Source: Cyanobacteriota bacterium (GTDB lineage Bacteria > Cyanobacteriota > Cyanobacteriia > PCC-6307 > Cyanobiaceae). From it: a DNA stretch of 64,000 nt. A program made the position numbers and the translations under genes. Shown piece by piece: positions 30,196 through 38,250 of this stretch. The DNA lies in contig JBJOMY010000001.1 in NCBI GenBank assembly GCA_046052125.1, forward strand, positions 640,001-704,000, read 5' to 3'. The notes under the pieces were generated by a model. That model was not told the origin of the DNA and did not search any database. It was given only the letters and a program-made list of their open reading frames with translations. How positions within the stretch are numbered: the first letter of the stretch is position 1; each line of letters starts with the position of its first letter.

Positions 30196-30791
30196 CGTCG
30201 GGCCAGGCCCCAGGGGGATGCACCTCTGGGGAGCCATCCCTGGCCCACGCCAACCTGCAGCACTGGATGGACTTCTTCTGCAGCAGCGCCGTGACCGAGG
30301 CCAGCCTGGGTGTGATCCAGCCACTCACGGCAGCGGAGGCCTGCGGTTTCCTCGGCTGCATGGTGGTGGAGACCGGCGATCCGGAGCTGGAGAACCTCGA
30401 TGTGATCGAAGCCGGCAGTGGAGCCGGCCGCGGCGCCATGCAGTACACGGGTGTCCGCCGCACGGCCTACGACGCCGCCCGCCTCCAGGCCATCGCCGGT
30501 GGGATCGACCCCAATAGCAACGCCTGGCAGGAGCAATACTTCGCCGAGGAATACGCCGGCCTGCACGATCCGCCCCAGGGCTCGCTGATCGGCTGGACCC
30601 GGGTGTTCGAGGACAGGCCTCAAGGCATGGATCCAGCAGCAGCAGCGGCTTACTGGACCGGTTCAGCTGCAGCAGCCGAGGGCTATTTCAGACCCGGCAC
30701 ACCCCACACCGAGCGGCGCCAGGCAGAAGCCGATCGGATCTGGGGACTGGTTCAGAGCGGCGCGCTGCAGCTGCCGCCCTCTGGGGCCTGA
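30192..30791 (+). CDS. Phage tail lysozyme-like muramidase
   Basis: ACGFLGCMVVETG...GAGRGAMQYT..RR...YFRPG..HTERR resembles phage tail lysozyme; GTGA overlap with the upstream gene. Confidence 0.6.
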   Translation: MTSGQAPGGCTSGEPSLAHANLQHWMDFFCSSAVTEASLGVIQPLTAAEACGFLGCMVVETGDPELENLDVIEAGSGAGRGAMQYTGVRRTAYDAARLQAIAGGIDPNSNAWQEQYFAEEYAGLHDPPQGSLIGWTRVFEDRPQGMDPAAAAAYWTGSAAAAEGYFRPGTPHTERRQAEADRIWGLVQSGALQLPPSGA

Positions 30792-30810
30792 TCGCCAGGG
30801 AGCAGCAGCG

Positions 30811-31077
30811 ATGCAAGCCCAGACAGAGCCCCGGCCGCCCAAGCCGCCGTTCGACCGTGAGCGGTTCGTCTTCAAGACCCTGGCGGTGGTGATCGGCACC
30901 CAGCTGCTGATCTATTCCCTGGCCGCCGGGGTCTGCGGCCAGCGAGCAATGGAGGGCCGGCCGATCGGTCAAATCTGCCCGGGCACGCTGGAGCAGCTGC
31001 AGGGCGGCTTTGATTCCACCCTCAACCTTCTGCTGGCGCTGCTGGGCGGAGCAGCGCTGACGCGAATGGATCGGTAA
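30811..31077 (+). CDS. Small two-TM membrane protein (holin-like?)
   Basis: Two hydrophobic segments separated by a Cys-containing loop; follows two peptidoglycan enzymes. Confidence 0.5.
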   Translation: MQAQTEPRPPKPPFDRERFVFKTLAVVIGTQLLIYSLAAGVCGQRAMEGRPIGQICPGTLEQLQGGFDSTLNLLLALLGGAALTRMDR

Positions 31078-31191
31078 CGCCTGGAAGCGAGCGGGGGGCT
31101 TGCTCCGGGCCTCTCCAGTCTGAGGCCCGTCCTGCGGCCGCGCCTCCGCTGGGATCGGTCCGTCGCTGCGCCACTCCTGGCGCCGATCACC

Positions 31192-31530
31192 ATGGCCACG
31201 CTCTCTGCTTCTGCCTCACCGTTCTGCCGGCCTGAGGAGGATCCGTTCCTGCTGCTGGAGTCCTGCGGCAAAGCCATCGAATCGATCCTCAGGGGCCATG
31301 CCGGCCGGCCGCTGCGCCGCACCTGGATTGATCGGCCCTATGGAGAAGAGGAGATCTCGCGCCTGGAGGAAGAGGTGTTGCCGGCGATTCAGCAGTGTCT
31401 GGCGCGGGTCGATGAGATCGATAGCGCCCTGGAAGCAGAAGCCGAGCTGAGCTCCCGCCAGCAGGTGGAGGCAGAAGCCGCGTTGCGCCGCGGCGGGCTG
31501 CAGTGCAGTGGGGCCATGCCGGTCATCTGA
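31192..31530 (+). CDS. Hypothetical protein
   Basis: 112-aa ORF with helical C-terminus, followed by a terminator-like hairpin. Confidence 0.6.
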   Translation: MATLSASASPFCRPEEDPFLLLESCGKAIESILRGHAGRPLRRTWIDRPYGEEEISRLEEEVLPAIQQCLARVDEIDSALEAEAELSSRQQVEAEAALRRGGLQCSGAMPVI

Positions 31531-31537
31531 TCCGGCG

Positions 31538-31557
31538 GGGGGCCACCGGGCCCCCTT
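31538..31557 (+). terminator. Putative intrinsic terminator
   Basis: GGGGGCC-accg-GGCCCCC-TT just after the 31530 stop; short U tract. Confidence 0.45.
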
Positions 31558-32054
31558 CAGGTCTGCTGGTTCGGGTCGCCGCAGGGTTGGCGGCCCTTTT
31601 GGCCTGCACCGCTCCGCCTCTCGCGCCTGCTCGGGCTTCTCGGCTCCGGCCGAAGAAAAACACAGCTCCAGCAGGGAGCCACTGGGTTCATCCCTGCCAC
31701 CAACCAGGCCGGGGCCTATGCCCAGGCCTCAGACGAACGCTGGCCGGGGGGCTGCAGAGCGGGCAGCCAGGGCTCCGCAGCGCGGCAGGCCGCATCAAAT
31801 CTGACGGGACTGCTGGGCACTCCTCGATCCCAGGGTGGGGAGCCCGAGCAGTTCTGCCCTCGGGCGCGGTGGGCATTCAGCACGGATCAGCAGCAGTGCC
31901 ACTGGGGGCTGGCTGGCGGGGCGGCGCGAAACCCCTCCGCAGCATGCCCCTGCGGCTCGCACTGGCCAGGGCTGAGGCAAGGCTCGCGGCGCTCGCCCCT
32001 AGCCAGTGCTCACCTGCGGGGCGTGTGGTCGGTGTTCTCCGCTCCACCCCAGCC

Positions 32055-32273
32055 ATGGCCATTCCCCAAGGCCCCGTCTGCGAAGTCCGCCTGCTTGTGG
32101 TTCACCGCTATGAGCCCGGTGTCAGGAAGCTCGGCACCGCCCCACGGCAGGTCGAGTTCTTTGGTCGGCGCGGCAAGCCCGTCAAGAAGATGCGGCTGAT
32201 CCCTGCCGAGAAGGCGTTCGCTTTTGCCCGCAAGCTGCAGGGCACACCCGGCTGCACCGTTTCGGTCTGCTGA
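32055..32273 (+). CDS. Small basic hypothetical protein
   Basis: MAIPQGPVCEVRLLVVHRY...FFGRRG...LIPAEKAFAFA; 3' part of ORF-track entry 31503..32273. Confidence 0.65.
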   Translation: MAIPQGPVCEVRLLVVHRYEPGVRKLGTAPRQVEFFGRRGKPVKKMRLIPAEKAFAFARKLQGTPGCTVSVC

Positions 32274-32317
32274 GCCCTCAGGGCTCAGGCCCGGCTGCCA
32301 GTTGGTGGCCGGGCTTT
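32270..32317 (+). terminator. Tandem hairpins / putative terminator
   Basis: CTGAGCCC-tca-GGGCTCAG followed by GCCCGGC...GCCGGGC-TTT. Confidence 0.5.
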
Positions 32318-32358
32318 GAGTAGTGGGCTGGCAAATGTGGATTTAGCCCATCGAGACC

Positions 32359-32658
32359 ATGGCCACCCGCACCCGCAAGAGCGGCACCGGAAAGAGCAGC
32401 ACCAGCAAACAGCGGCGCAGCTCACGAGGCAGCAGCGGTGCAACAGCTGTCGCTCCCACGCTGCCTGGCATCAGTGCAACCGAGCGGCGCAAGCTGGCCC
32501 AGGAGGAAGCCCGCTGGCGGGCCGAAAGTGATCTGCGCACCCTGCGGCAGGCAGAAGAGATCCGCCGGGATCCCGCCCGGCTCAAACGGGCAGCCTCCAT
32601 GGCCGAAGAGGAAATGAAGGCGCTGCAGGCGGTCCGGGCGATCAAACGGGGGCGTTGA
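32359..32658 (+). CDS. Basic phage-type hypothetical protein
   Basis: Ser/Lys/Arg-rich N-terminus, then WRAESDLRTL..AEEIRRDPARLK. Confidence 0.65.
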   Translation: MATRTRKSGTGKSSTSKQRRSSRGSSGATAVAPTLPGISATERRKLAQEEARWRAESDLRTLRQAEEIRRDPARLKRAASMAEEEMKALQAVRAIKRGR

Positions 32659-32961
32659 AATTGCCTCAAAGGCAGGCTCGATAGCGGCTGCGCTGCCGGC
32701 GGGCCCGGGCTTTGGAGCGAGCACTGCCGAACTGGGGACTGCTGCCGTCACGGCGGCGCCGCACCCAGATGCCGCGGCGAATCAGCCGAGAGTCGTCGGG
32801 ATTGGCGCGGCGGGCGGCCACGATCGCCCCATAACCCTTCTTCTGCTTGCACTCGGCGCGGGAGCGGGCCTGGCTGGCGCTGGCGGCCGGCACCACTGTT
32901 GCTGTGGAGCGGTTGCGCCAGAACACCAGATACCAGACCATTCCCTCTGCCCCTTCTGCAA

Positions 32962-33930
32962 TCAGCGGCGCGGTGCAGCTGCCCTGGGTGTGGTGCCCTT
33001 CACGGCCTCCAGGTAGAGCTCGGCGGTGCTCAGGGTCTGCAGATTCACCGTGCCGCCGTGTTCATGGCCGCTTTCCGGCACAGCAGCGGAATAGAGGCCA
33101 CTGCGCTGCTGGAACAGGAAGCTGTACACCGGGTGGCGGCGCAGCTCCTCCATGTAGTCGCCATCGGAGAGGGCAACGCCATCGACGGTGAGGGGCTGGC
33201 CCTTGCCGTCCACCGGCAGCAACCGCTCGCGGCCGTCCACCTCACCCAGCTGGAAGTGGCCGCCGCAGAGCGTCACAAAGGTGTCAAAGAACGTGCCCCG
33301 CTCATCACCGCCGACGCGGCCTTCCGCCTCTGAGAACAGGCGCTCCATCAGGCGTTCCTTGCGCAGGTTCAACACCTGAGAGCGGGCCTCGTCTCGTTCT
33401 TTCTCCACACTGCGTACGCGGCGCAGGTTGGCCTCGTTGAGCTGGCGCTCACGGTCGGCCACCTGCCGCTCGAACTCTTCCCGCTTGCGCTCGGCGTCCT
33501 GCAAGCGGGCGTACTCATCTGGGTTGATCTCGGAGAAGCGGGACAGCTGGGCACGGGCCTTGCGCAGCTCTTTTTCCAGCTGGTTGCTGCGGCGGCGTTC
33601 AGCCCGCAGGGGATCAGCACCGCTGGTGCTGGCGGCGGGAGGGTCGTCGCTGTCGCTGCCGCTGCCGCCGGGGCCGCTGCTGGGATCGGGTGGGGCAGCG
33701 GGATCGAGGTTGTCGTCGTTGCCGCCCAGGTCCACGCCGCCAAGGTCGTCCTCGTCGGGCTCGAGGGGGTCAGGGTCAGCGCCAGCTGGGGCACTGGAGC
33801 CAGCGGGGCCCTGGTTGGGCTGCTGCTGGTGCTGGCTGTAGGCCTGCCATGGAGCAGCAGGGACCTGGGGCGCTGGAGCGGTGCCGCTGCTGGAGCGGCA
33901 GGAGTCAGAAAAGAAAGAGGAGGGCATCAC
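32962..33930 (-). CDS. Putative capsid scaffolding protein
   Basis: Disordered acidic N-terminus, long coiled coil (LRAERRRSNQLEKEL...INPDEYARL), HPVYSFLF..SG motif; in the portal operon. Confidence 0.65.
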   Translation of the reverse strand: MMPSSFFSDSCRSSSGTAPAPQVPAAPWQAYSQHQQQPNQGPAGSSAPAGADPDPLEPDEDDLGGVDLGGNDDNLDPAAPPDPSSGPGGSGSDSDDPPAASTSGADPLRAERRRSNQLEKELRKARAQLSRFSEINPDEYARLQDAERKREEFERQVADRERQLNEANLRRVRSVEKERDEARSQVLNLRKERLMERLFSEAEGRVGGDERGTFFDTFVTLCGGHFQLGEVDGRERLLPVDGKGQPLTVDGVALSDGDYMEELRRHPVYSFLFQQRSGLYSAAVPESGHEHGGTVNLQTLSTAELYLEAVKGTTPRAAAPRR

Positions 33931-35165
33931 CCATCACGGCTGTGGTGCTGCGGGCGCCCCGTCCGGGCTGCGCTCGCACTCCCTGTTGCCAGCTCTTCAG
34001 AACCCCTGCTCAGTGACTCATCCAGCACTGGTGCGGAGCGCCTCGCTGGCAGATAGATCCACTCCCCAGCCGGCAGCGGCGTGGAGGGCAGATAGCCCGG
34101 AACCAGCAGCAGCGTCCCCGCAGAGATGGGAGTGGTGGAGCGGTAGACGGGCAGCAGCAGGGTGCTGCCGGTAGGTAGGGGTTCGCTGCTGGGCCAGCTG
34201 CTCAGCTCGGGGTTGAACTGCCGCAGCAGGGAGAGGCTCAGGTTCTGACTCTCCGCCACGCTGCTGAGCGTCTCGCCCTCGGTGGTGACGTAGGGCTCGC
34301 TCTGCTGCAGCACCGGGTTGAGGCTGCGCAGCTTGCTTTCGGTGGTGCCGTGCCGTCCGGCCAGCACCGCCAGCGAATCGCCCTCCACGGCAGTGATCGT
34401 CTGGGTGCTCTCCAGTTGCGGGTTGATTCGCCGCAAGGTGGCCACGGTGGTGCCGTAGCGCTCGGCGATCAGGGTCAAGGTGTCGCCAGAGCGGAGCACC
34501 AGCACGCTGTGGGGCCTGAGCACCAGCTGGATCGCTTCCCCCAGCAGCGGCTGCACCAGCAGGCCGATGCCACCGGGTCCGTAGTCCGCCCCGAAGTGCT
34601 GCACCAGGCAACCGGCGAACTGGGCACGGCCCCCATTGGGCAGCCCGCCCTCGGGCGTGAGCTGGGCCAGGTCGCCCAGCCACATCACCCCCTGGCAGGG
34701 CGCCTGCACCGTGCCCAAGAGCTCCGGATCCCAGGGCAGCGGTGCCTCATCGCGGAAGCCAGGGGTGGTCCAATCCAGCTCGGCCGCCAGCCAGTCGAAG
34801 GTGTTGCTGGTGCTCACCGGCAGGATCGCAGCCCTGCAGAGGTAACCGCGCAGAAGGACGTCGCCCGGGTCGGTGAGGGCGGTGTCGTTGTAGCCGCTGA
34901 CGATCCCCTGCTGCTCCAGGAAGCAGTCGATCACGTGGCGGCGGATCGGCACGGGGTTGCGGCTCTCGGGCCGGTCCACCTCAAACAGGCAGAGGCGGGC
35001 ATTGGCATAGGGCTGCAATGCCAGCCAAAGAGGTGCAGCAACAGGCGGGGCCATCCGGATGTCGATCGCCGGACTGGCCGCAGGCTGCGCCACCAGCTGG
35101 CCCCACAACGGGGCCTGTCGCAGGGGGTTGAGGCCCTGGTTCAGCGGCGAGAGGGGCTGCTCCAT
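33927..35165 (-). CDS. LysM repeat protein (three LysM motifs plus an unknown N-terminal domain)
   Basis: GDTLTLIAERYGTTVATLRRINP, GDSLAVLAGRHGTTESKLRSLNP, GETLSSVA...LLRQFNP. Confidence 0.8.
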   Translation of the reverse strand: MEQPLSPLNQGLNPLRQAPLWGQLVAQPAASPAIDIRMAPPVAAPLWLALQPYANARLCLFEVDRPESRNPVPIRRHVIDCFLEQQGIVSGYNDTALTDPGDVLLRGYLCRAAILPVSTSNTFDWLAAELDWTTPGFRDEAPLPWDPELLGTVQAPCQGVMWLGDLAQLTPEGGLPNGGRAQFAGCLVQHFGADYGPGGIGLLVQPLLGEAIQLVLRPHSVLVLRSGDTLTLIAERYGTTVATLRRINPQLESTQTITAVEGDSLAVLAGRHGTTESKLRSLNPVLQQSEPYVTTEGETLSSVAESQNLSLSLLRQFNPELSSWPSSEPLPTGSTLLLPVYRSTTPISAGTLLLVPGYLPSTPLPAGEWIYLPARRSAPVLDESLSRGSEELATGSASAARTGRPQHHSRDG

Positions 35166-35168
35166 TTC

Positions 35169-35666
35169 TCAGCCCCGCACCAGGGATCCCCGGAAGGGGT
35201 CGGGGTTGCACTGGCGCCAGTTCTGCAGCCGCGGCAGCAGCAGCGCCAACTGGCCGATGTGCTGGCTGCGCTGCCGCCCCAGCACCATCGCCGGTGATGG
35301 TCCCGAGGGGTTCCACTCGCTCTCAGTTTCCTCCAGCAACAACTCGGTGGCGTACTCCACCACCGCCAACTTGCTGAGTGGCAGAGGGTTGGGCACCACC
35401 CCGCCGGCAACCCCTCTGCGGCTGCTGCGCACCGGGGCGTTGAGATCGGCATGCGTCAGGGCCGCTAGCTGCTGATCCAGTTCAGCAATGGCATCGAGAT
35501 GGCCCTGGGCCGTGCAGACGCCGGTGGGGTAGTGGGTCTGCAGCTGGGCCATCTCCCGGTTCAGCGCCGCCAGGGCAGCACTGGTGACCGGGATAGAGAG
35601 CGCGATCCGCAAGGCCTCGGCGTCGCCAGGGCGCCAGGTGCAGGTGGGTGGGGAGGACTGGGTCAT
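35169..35666 (-). CDS. Hypothetical protein (possible head-completion/adaptor)
   Basis: 165-aa helical ORF directly downstream of the portal; call is by position only. Confidence 0.5.
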   Translation of the reverse strand: MTQSSPPTCTWRPGDAEALRIALSIPVTSAALAALNREMAQLQTHYPTGVCTAQGHLDAIAELDQQLAALTHADLNAPVRSSRRGVAGGVVPNPLPLSKLAVVEYATELLLEETESEWNPSGPSPAMVLGRQRSQHIGQLALLLPRLQNWRQCNPDPFRGSLVRG

Positions 35667-35682
35667 GCCCTCCCTTGCCAGC

Positions 35683-37260
35683 TCAGTCGCCAGGGATCGC
35701 CAGCCCCAGCTGCTTGCGCAGCTCGGTCGCGTCGATCACCCCCCGTTCATGCAGCACCAGCCACTCCTGCACCGAGGGCTCGGGTTTGCGCGGCGGCTGG
35801 GGCGGCACCAGCGGGCAGATCTCCACCGTGCAGGCCGGTTCATCGGAGAGCTTCTCGCCGGTGAGCCGGGTCCACTGCAGCAGCAGGGTGCTGAGCATCG
35901 AGCGTTTCTGACCGGCCAGCGACTGCAGCACCGCAAAGCTCTGGCCGGCGGTGAGCGAGACCTCCAGCTCGGTTCGGGCCGGGCCGTGGCCGCCGGTGGG
36001 GATCAGGGCATCGCGGCGCATGGCTTCTTCCAGCTGCTGCAGGTAGGCCCGGTGCTCCGCCAGCGACCGCGCTTCTATTTCGACCCACTGGAACTTGGCT
36101 CCCTCGGGCAGGTCCATGAAAGAGGAGGTAGAGAGCACCAGCCGCTGCGGACGCTGGCCTTCTGCACCGCTGCTTGCAGCAGAGCCCAGGGCGCCGTCGC
36201 TGCGGCGGAAGCCGTAGGCGTCCACCAGGCCGGTGCGGACTCCAACCGGCAGAGCGGTGCGAGAGAGGAGGTCTTCGTATTCGCTGCGGCAGCGGTAGTG
36301 GTTGAGGTACTGGTGCGCCAGACCCAGGTGAGGGAGATCGCCCTTGCCAAAGGCAGTGCCATCTACCGAGTACCAGAGGGCCGGCAGGTCAAAGCGCTGG
36401 GGCAGCAGCGAAGGCTCGCCCACCGGCACCACGTCGTAGCCATCGGGGGCAGCCGGGTTGGGGCTGGCCTGCCAGCTGCGGAGCACCAGGCCTTCATCCG
36501 TCACAGAGAGGCTGCGGTAGAGCCAGGCCGCAGGGTCCGGCACCAGGCCGCCATGGGCATCGATCACCACCGTGGGCACGGCGGCATTGCCACTGGAGAA
36601 GCGGGGCGGCAGGGCCTGCCGGCGGGGTTCCCTCCAGGCGATCTCCACGGGCCCTGACGCCGGTGCAGCCGTGGCGGCATCGGTGGGCAGGCGCCAGTTG
36701 AGCAGGTCACCACGAGGCACCAGCTGCAGGCGGGGCAGCGAGAGGCGGTCTCCCTTGGCGAGAGCCTCCAGCCGGTCGCCTTCCGAGGGCCAGCGGTGCT
36801 GGGGCGGCAGCTGCAGGATCAGGCAGCCGCCATCTCGCAGGGTGAGCAGGTCGGCCAGGAACAGGAACACCCCCAGGTCGGTGCCCTGGCCGTCCACATC
36901 GGTGGCAATCCGACTCAGGGAGTCGGGCAGCTGCTGCCAGGCCAGCCGGGACAGCATGCCGGCGTAGGTGCGGAGGGCATCGCGGTAGAAGCCGGAGGGA
37001 CGGGCGGCCTCCAGGCGCTTGAGATAGGAGGTCTCAGGCTCCTCAATGCCCCGGGGCAAGTAGACCGGGCGGCGGCTGGTGCCGTCTGGGAGCTCCAGCA
37101 GGGTCCAGCAGTCGTAGACCAGCTGCAGGCGCTCCCGCAGGCCGGAGAGGGTGGGGTGTTCCAGCCAGGGGGGATCAGCAGAGGCTTGGGGCTGCGTCTT
37201 GGGTAGGGAAGTGGAGCTGCTGGTGGTGGCTGCTGTCCTGCGTCGGTGGGGTGCGGTCAC
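35683..37260 (-). CDS. Phage portal protein (DUF4055-like)
   Basis: YLPR..EEP...Y.KRL, TDVDGQGTDL, LAHQYLNHYR..S...LP, LPEGAKFQWVE, RTELE. Start taken at GTG 37260. Confidence 0.75.
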   Translation of the reverse strand: MTAPHRRRTAATTSSSTSLPKTQPQASADPPWLEHPTLSGLRERLQLVYDCWTLLELPDGTSRRPVYLPRGIEEPETSYLKRLEAARPSGFYRDALRTYAGMLSRLAWQQLPDSLSRIATDVDGQGTDLGVFLFLADLLTLRDGGCLILQLPPQHRWPSEGDRLEALAKGDRLSLPRLQLVPRGDLLNWRLPTDAATAAPASGPVEIAWREPRRQALPPRFSSGNAAVPTVVIDAHGGLVPDPAAWLYRSLSVTDEGLVLRSWQASPNPAAPDGYDVVPVGEPSLLPQRFDLPALWYSVDGTAFGKGDLPHLGLAHQYLNHYRCRSEYEDLLSRTALPVGVRTGLVDAYGFRRSDGALGSAASSGAEGQRPQRLVLSTSSFMDLPEGAKFQWVEIEARSLAEHRAYLQQLEEAMRRDALIPTGGHGPARTELEVSLTAGQSFAVLQSLAGQKRSMLSTLLLQWTRLTGEKLSDEPACTVEICPLVPPQPPRKPEPSVQEWLVLHERGVIDATELRKQLGLAIPGD

Positions 37261-37617
37261 TGCCTGCTGTTTGTGGCCAATGCTCTTGCCAGGGGGAGGG
37301 AAATGATGGCAATGACAAACCATGCAGGATGGGTATGCTTTGTAATGAGTCTCAGCTCAATTCAGGACACACAGTCGGGAGCCCATTGGATTCACATTAA
37401 ATACCCCTCCCAAGAACCCGACGGAATGAAATCTTAATCCCATCCTTCATAACGCCAATCACGATCAGCCAATGAACACTGCAAGCTTAGACTCTTATGT
37501 GGAATACAGAAGGTCTTACAGCCTGGCTGCGCAGAGATTATTCAGGTTGATCTGGAGGATGTAATATTCACAAAGGGTTTTTCAGATGCTGGCACTCGCG
37601 ACGAGGAGCACAAGACT

Positions 37618-38250
37618 ATGCTGAACCTACAACAACAGCGAGTCTACGATTGGCTCAACAACGAGCTTGAACTCCCGGTTTTTGCCGAAGCCTATAAAGG
37701 CGCTGCGACTTTCGTGGAACAGAAACCCTCAGGCTATATTTCATTTGTAGCCCATGCTGGCAGGGACTTGATGAATTGTCTTGCATCAACTGTTGCAAAC
37801 ATCAAGTCGAGTCGCGTGCAATACCAACAACACATTGACGAGTTGCAGTCTCACTGGCGAGAAGAGTGGCGACTAAGCAATGAGCTCTCCCCAGATACAG
37901 CCGAGGGAGGATACCTAATACCCATTTTTATATGCAAAAAGATCTCTACCCTGATTGACGATCATAAATCAGGCCGCGTGAGAAGCGCGGATGCCGATGG
38001 CTTGTTCTTTAGCACATTTCTTGATTACTCAGATAAAGAAAAAATCCCAAAGAACTTCGTTTTAGAATGGAAACGCGCAAAAGAGTGGTTTCTTGGACAT
38101 GTTCATCTTCGTGGCAAACCATTCGACAAAGGCGCCGACGATGCCCTGAAAATACATTTCAAATGTCTGGAAAGCTATCTCTACATAGCCGCTAGCAGCC
38201 AGTATGACAGACTGAGGAAACTGAATGAAATCCTGGAAGCAACCAACTGA
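37618..38250 (+). CDS. Hypothetical protein, possibly HEPN-like (low-GC cargo gene 1)
   Basis: Helical 210 aa with AHAGRDLMN and WFLGHVH motifs; GAGGAG RBS upstream. Confidence 0.7.
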   Translation: MLNLQQQRVYDWLNNELELPVFAEAYKGAATFVEQKPSGYISFVAHAGRDLMNCLASTVANIKSSRVQYQQHIDELQSHWREEWRLSNELSPDTAEGGYLIPIFICKKISTLIDDHKSGRVRSADADGLFFSTFLDYSDKEKIPKNFVLEWKRAKEWFLGHVHLRGKPFDKGADDALKIHFKCLESYLYIAASSQYDRLRKLNEILEATN

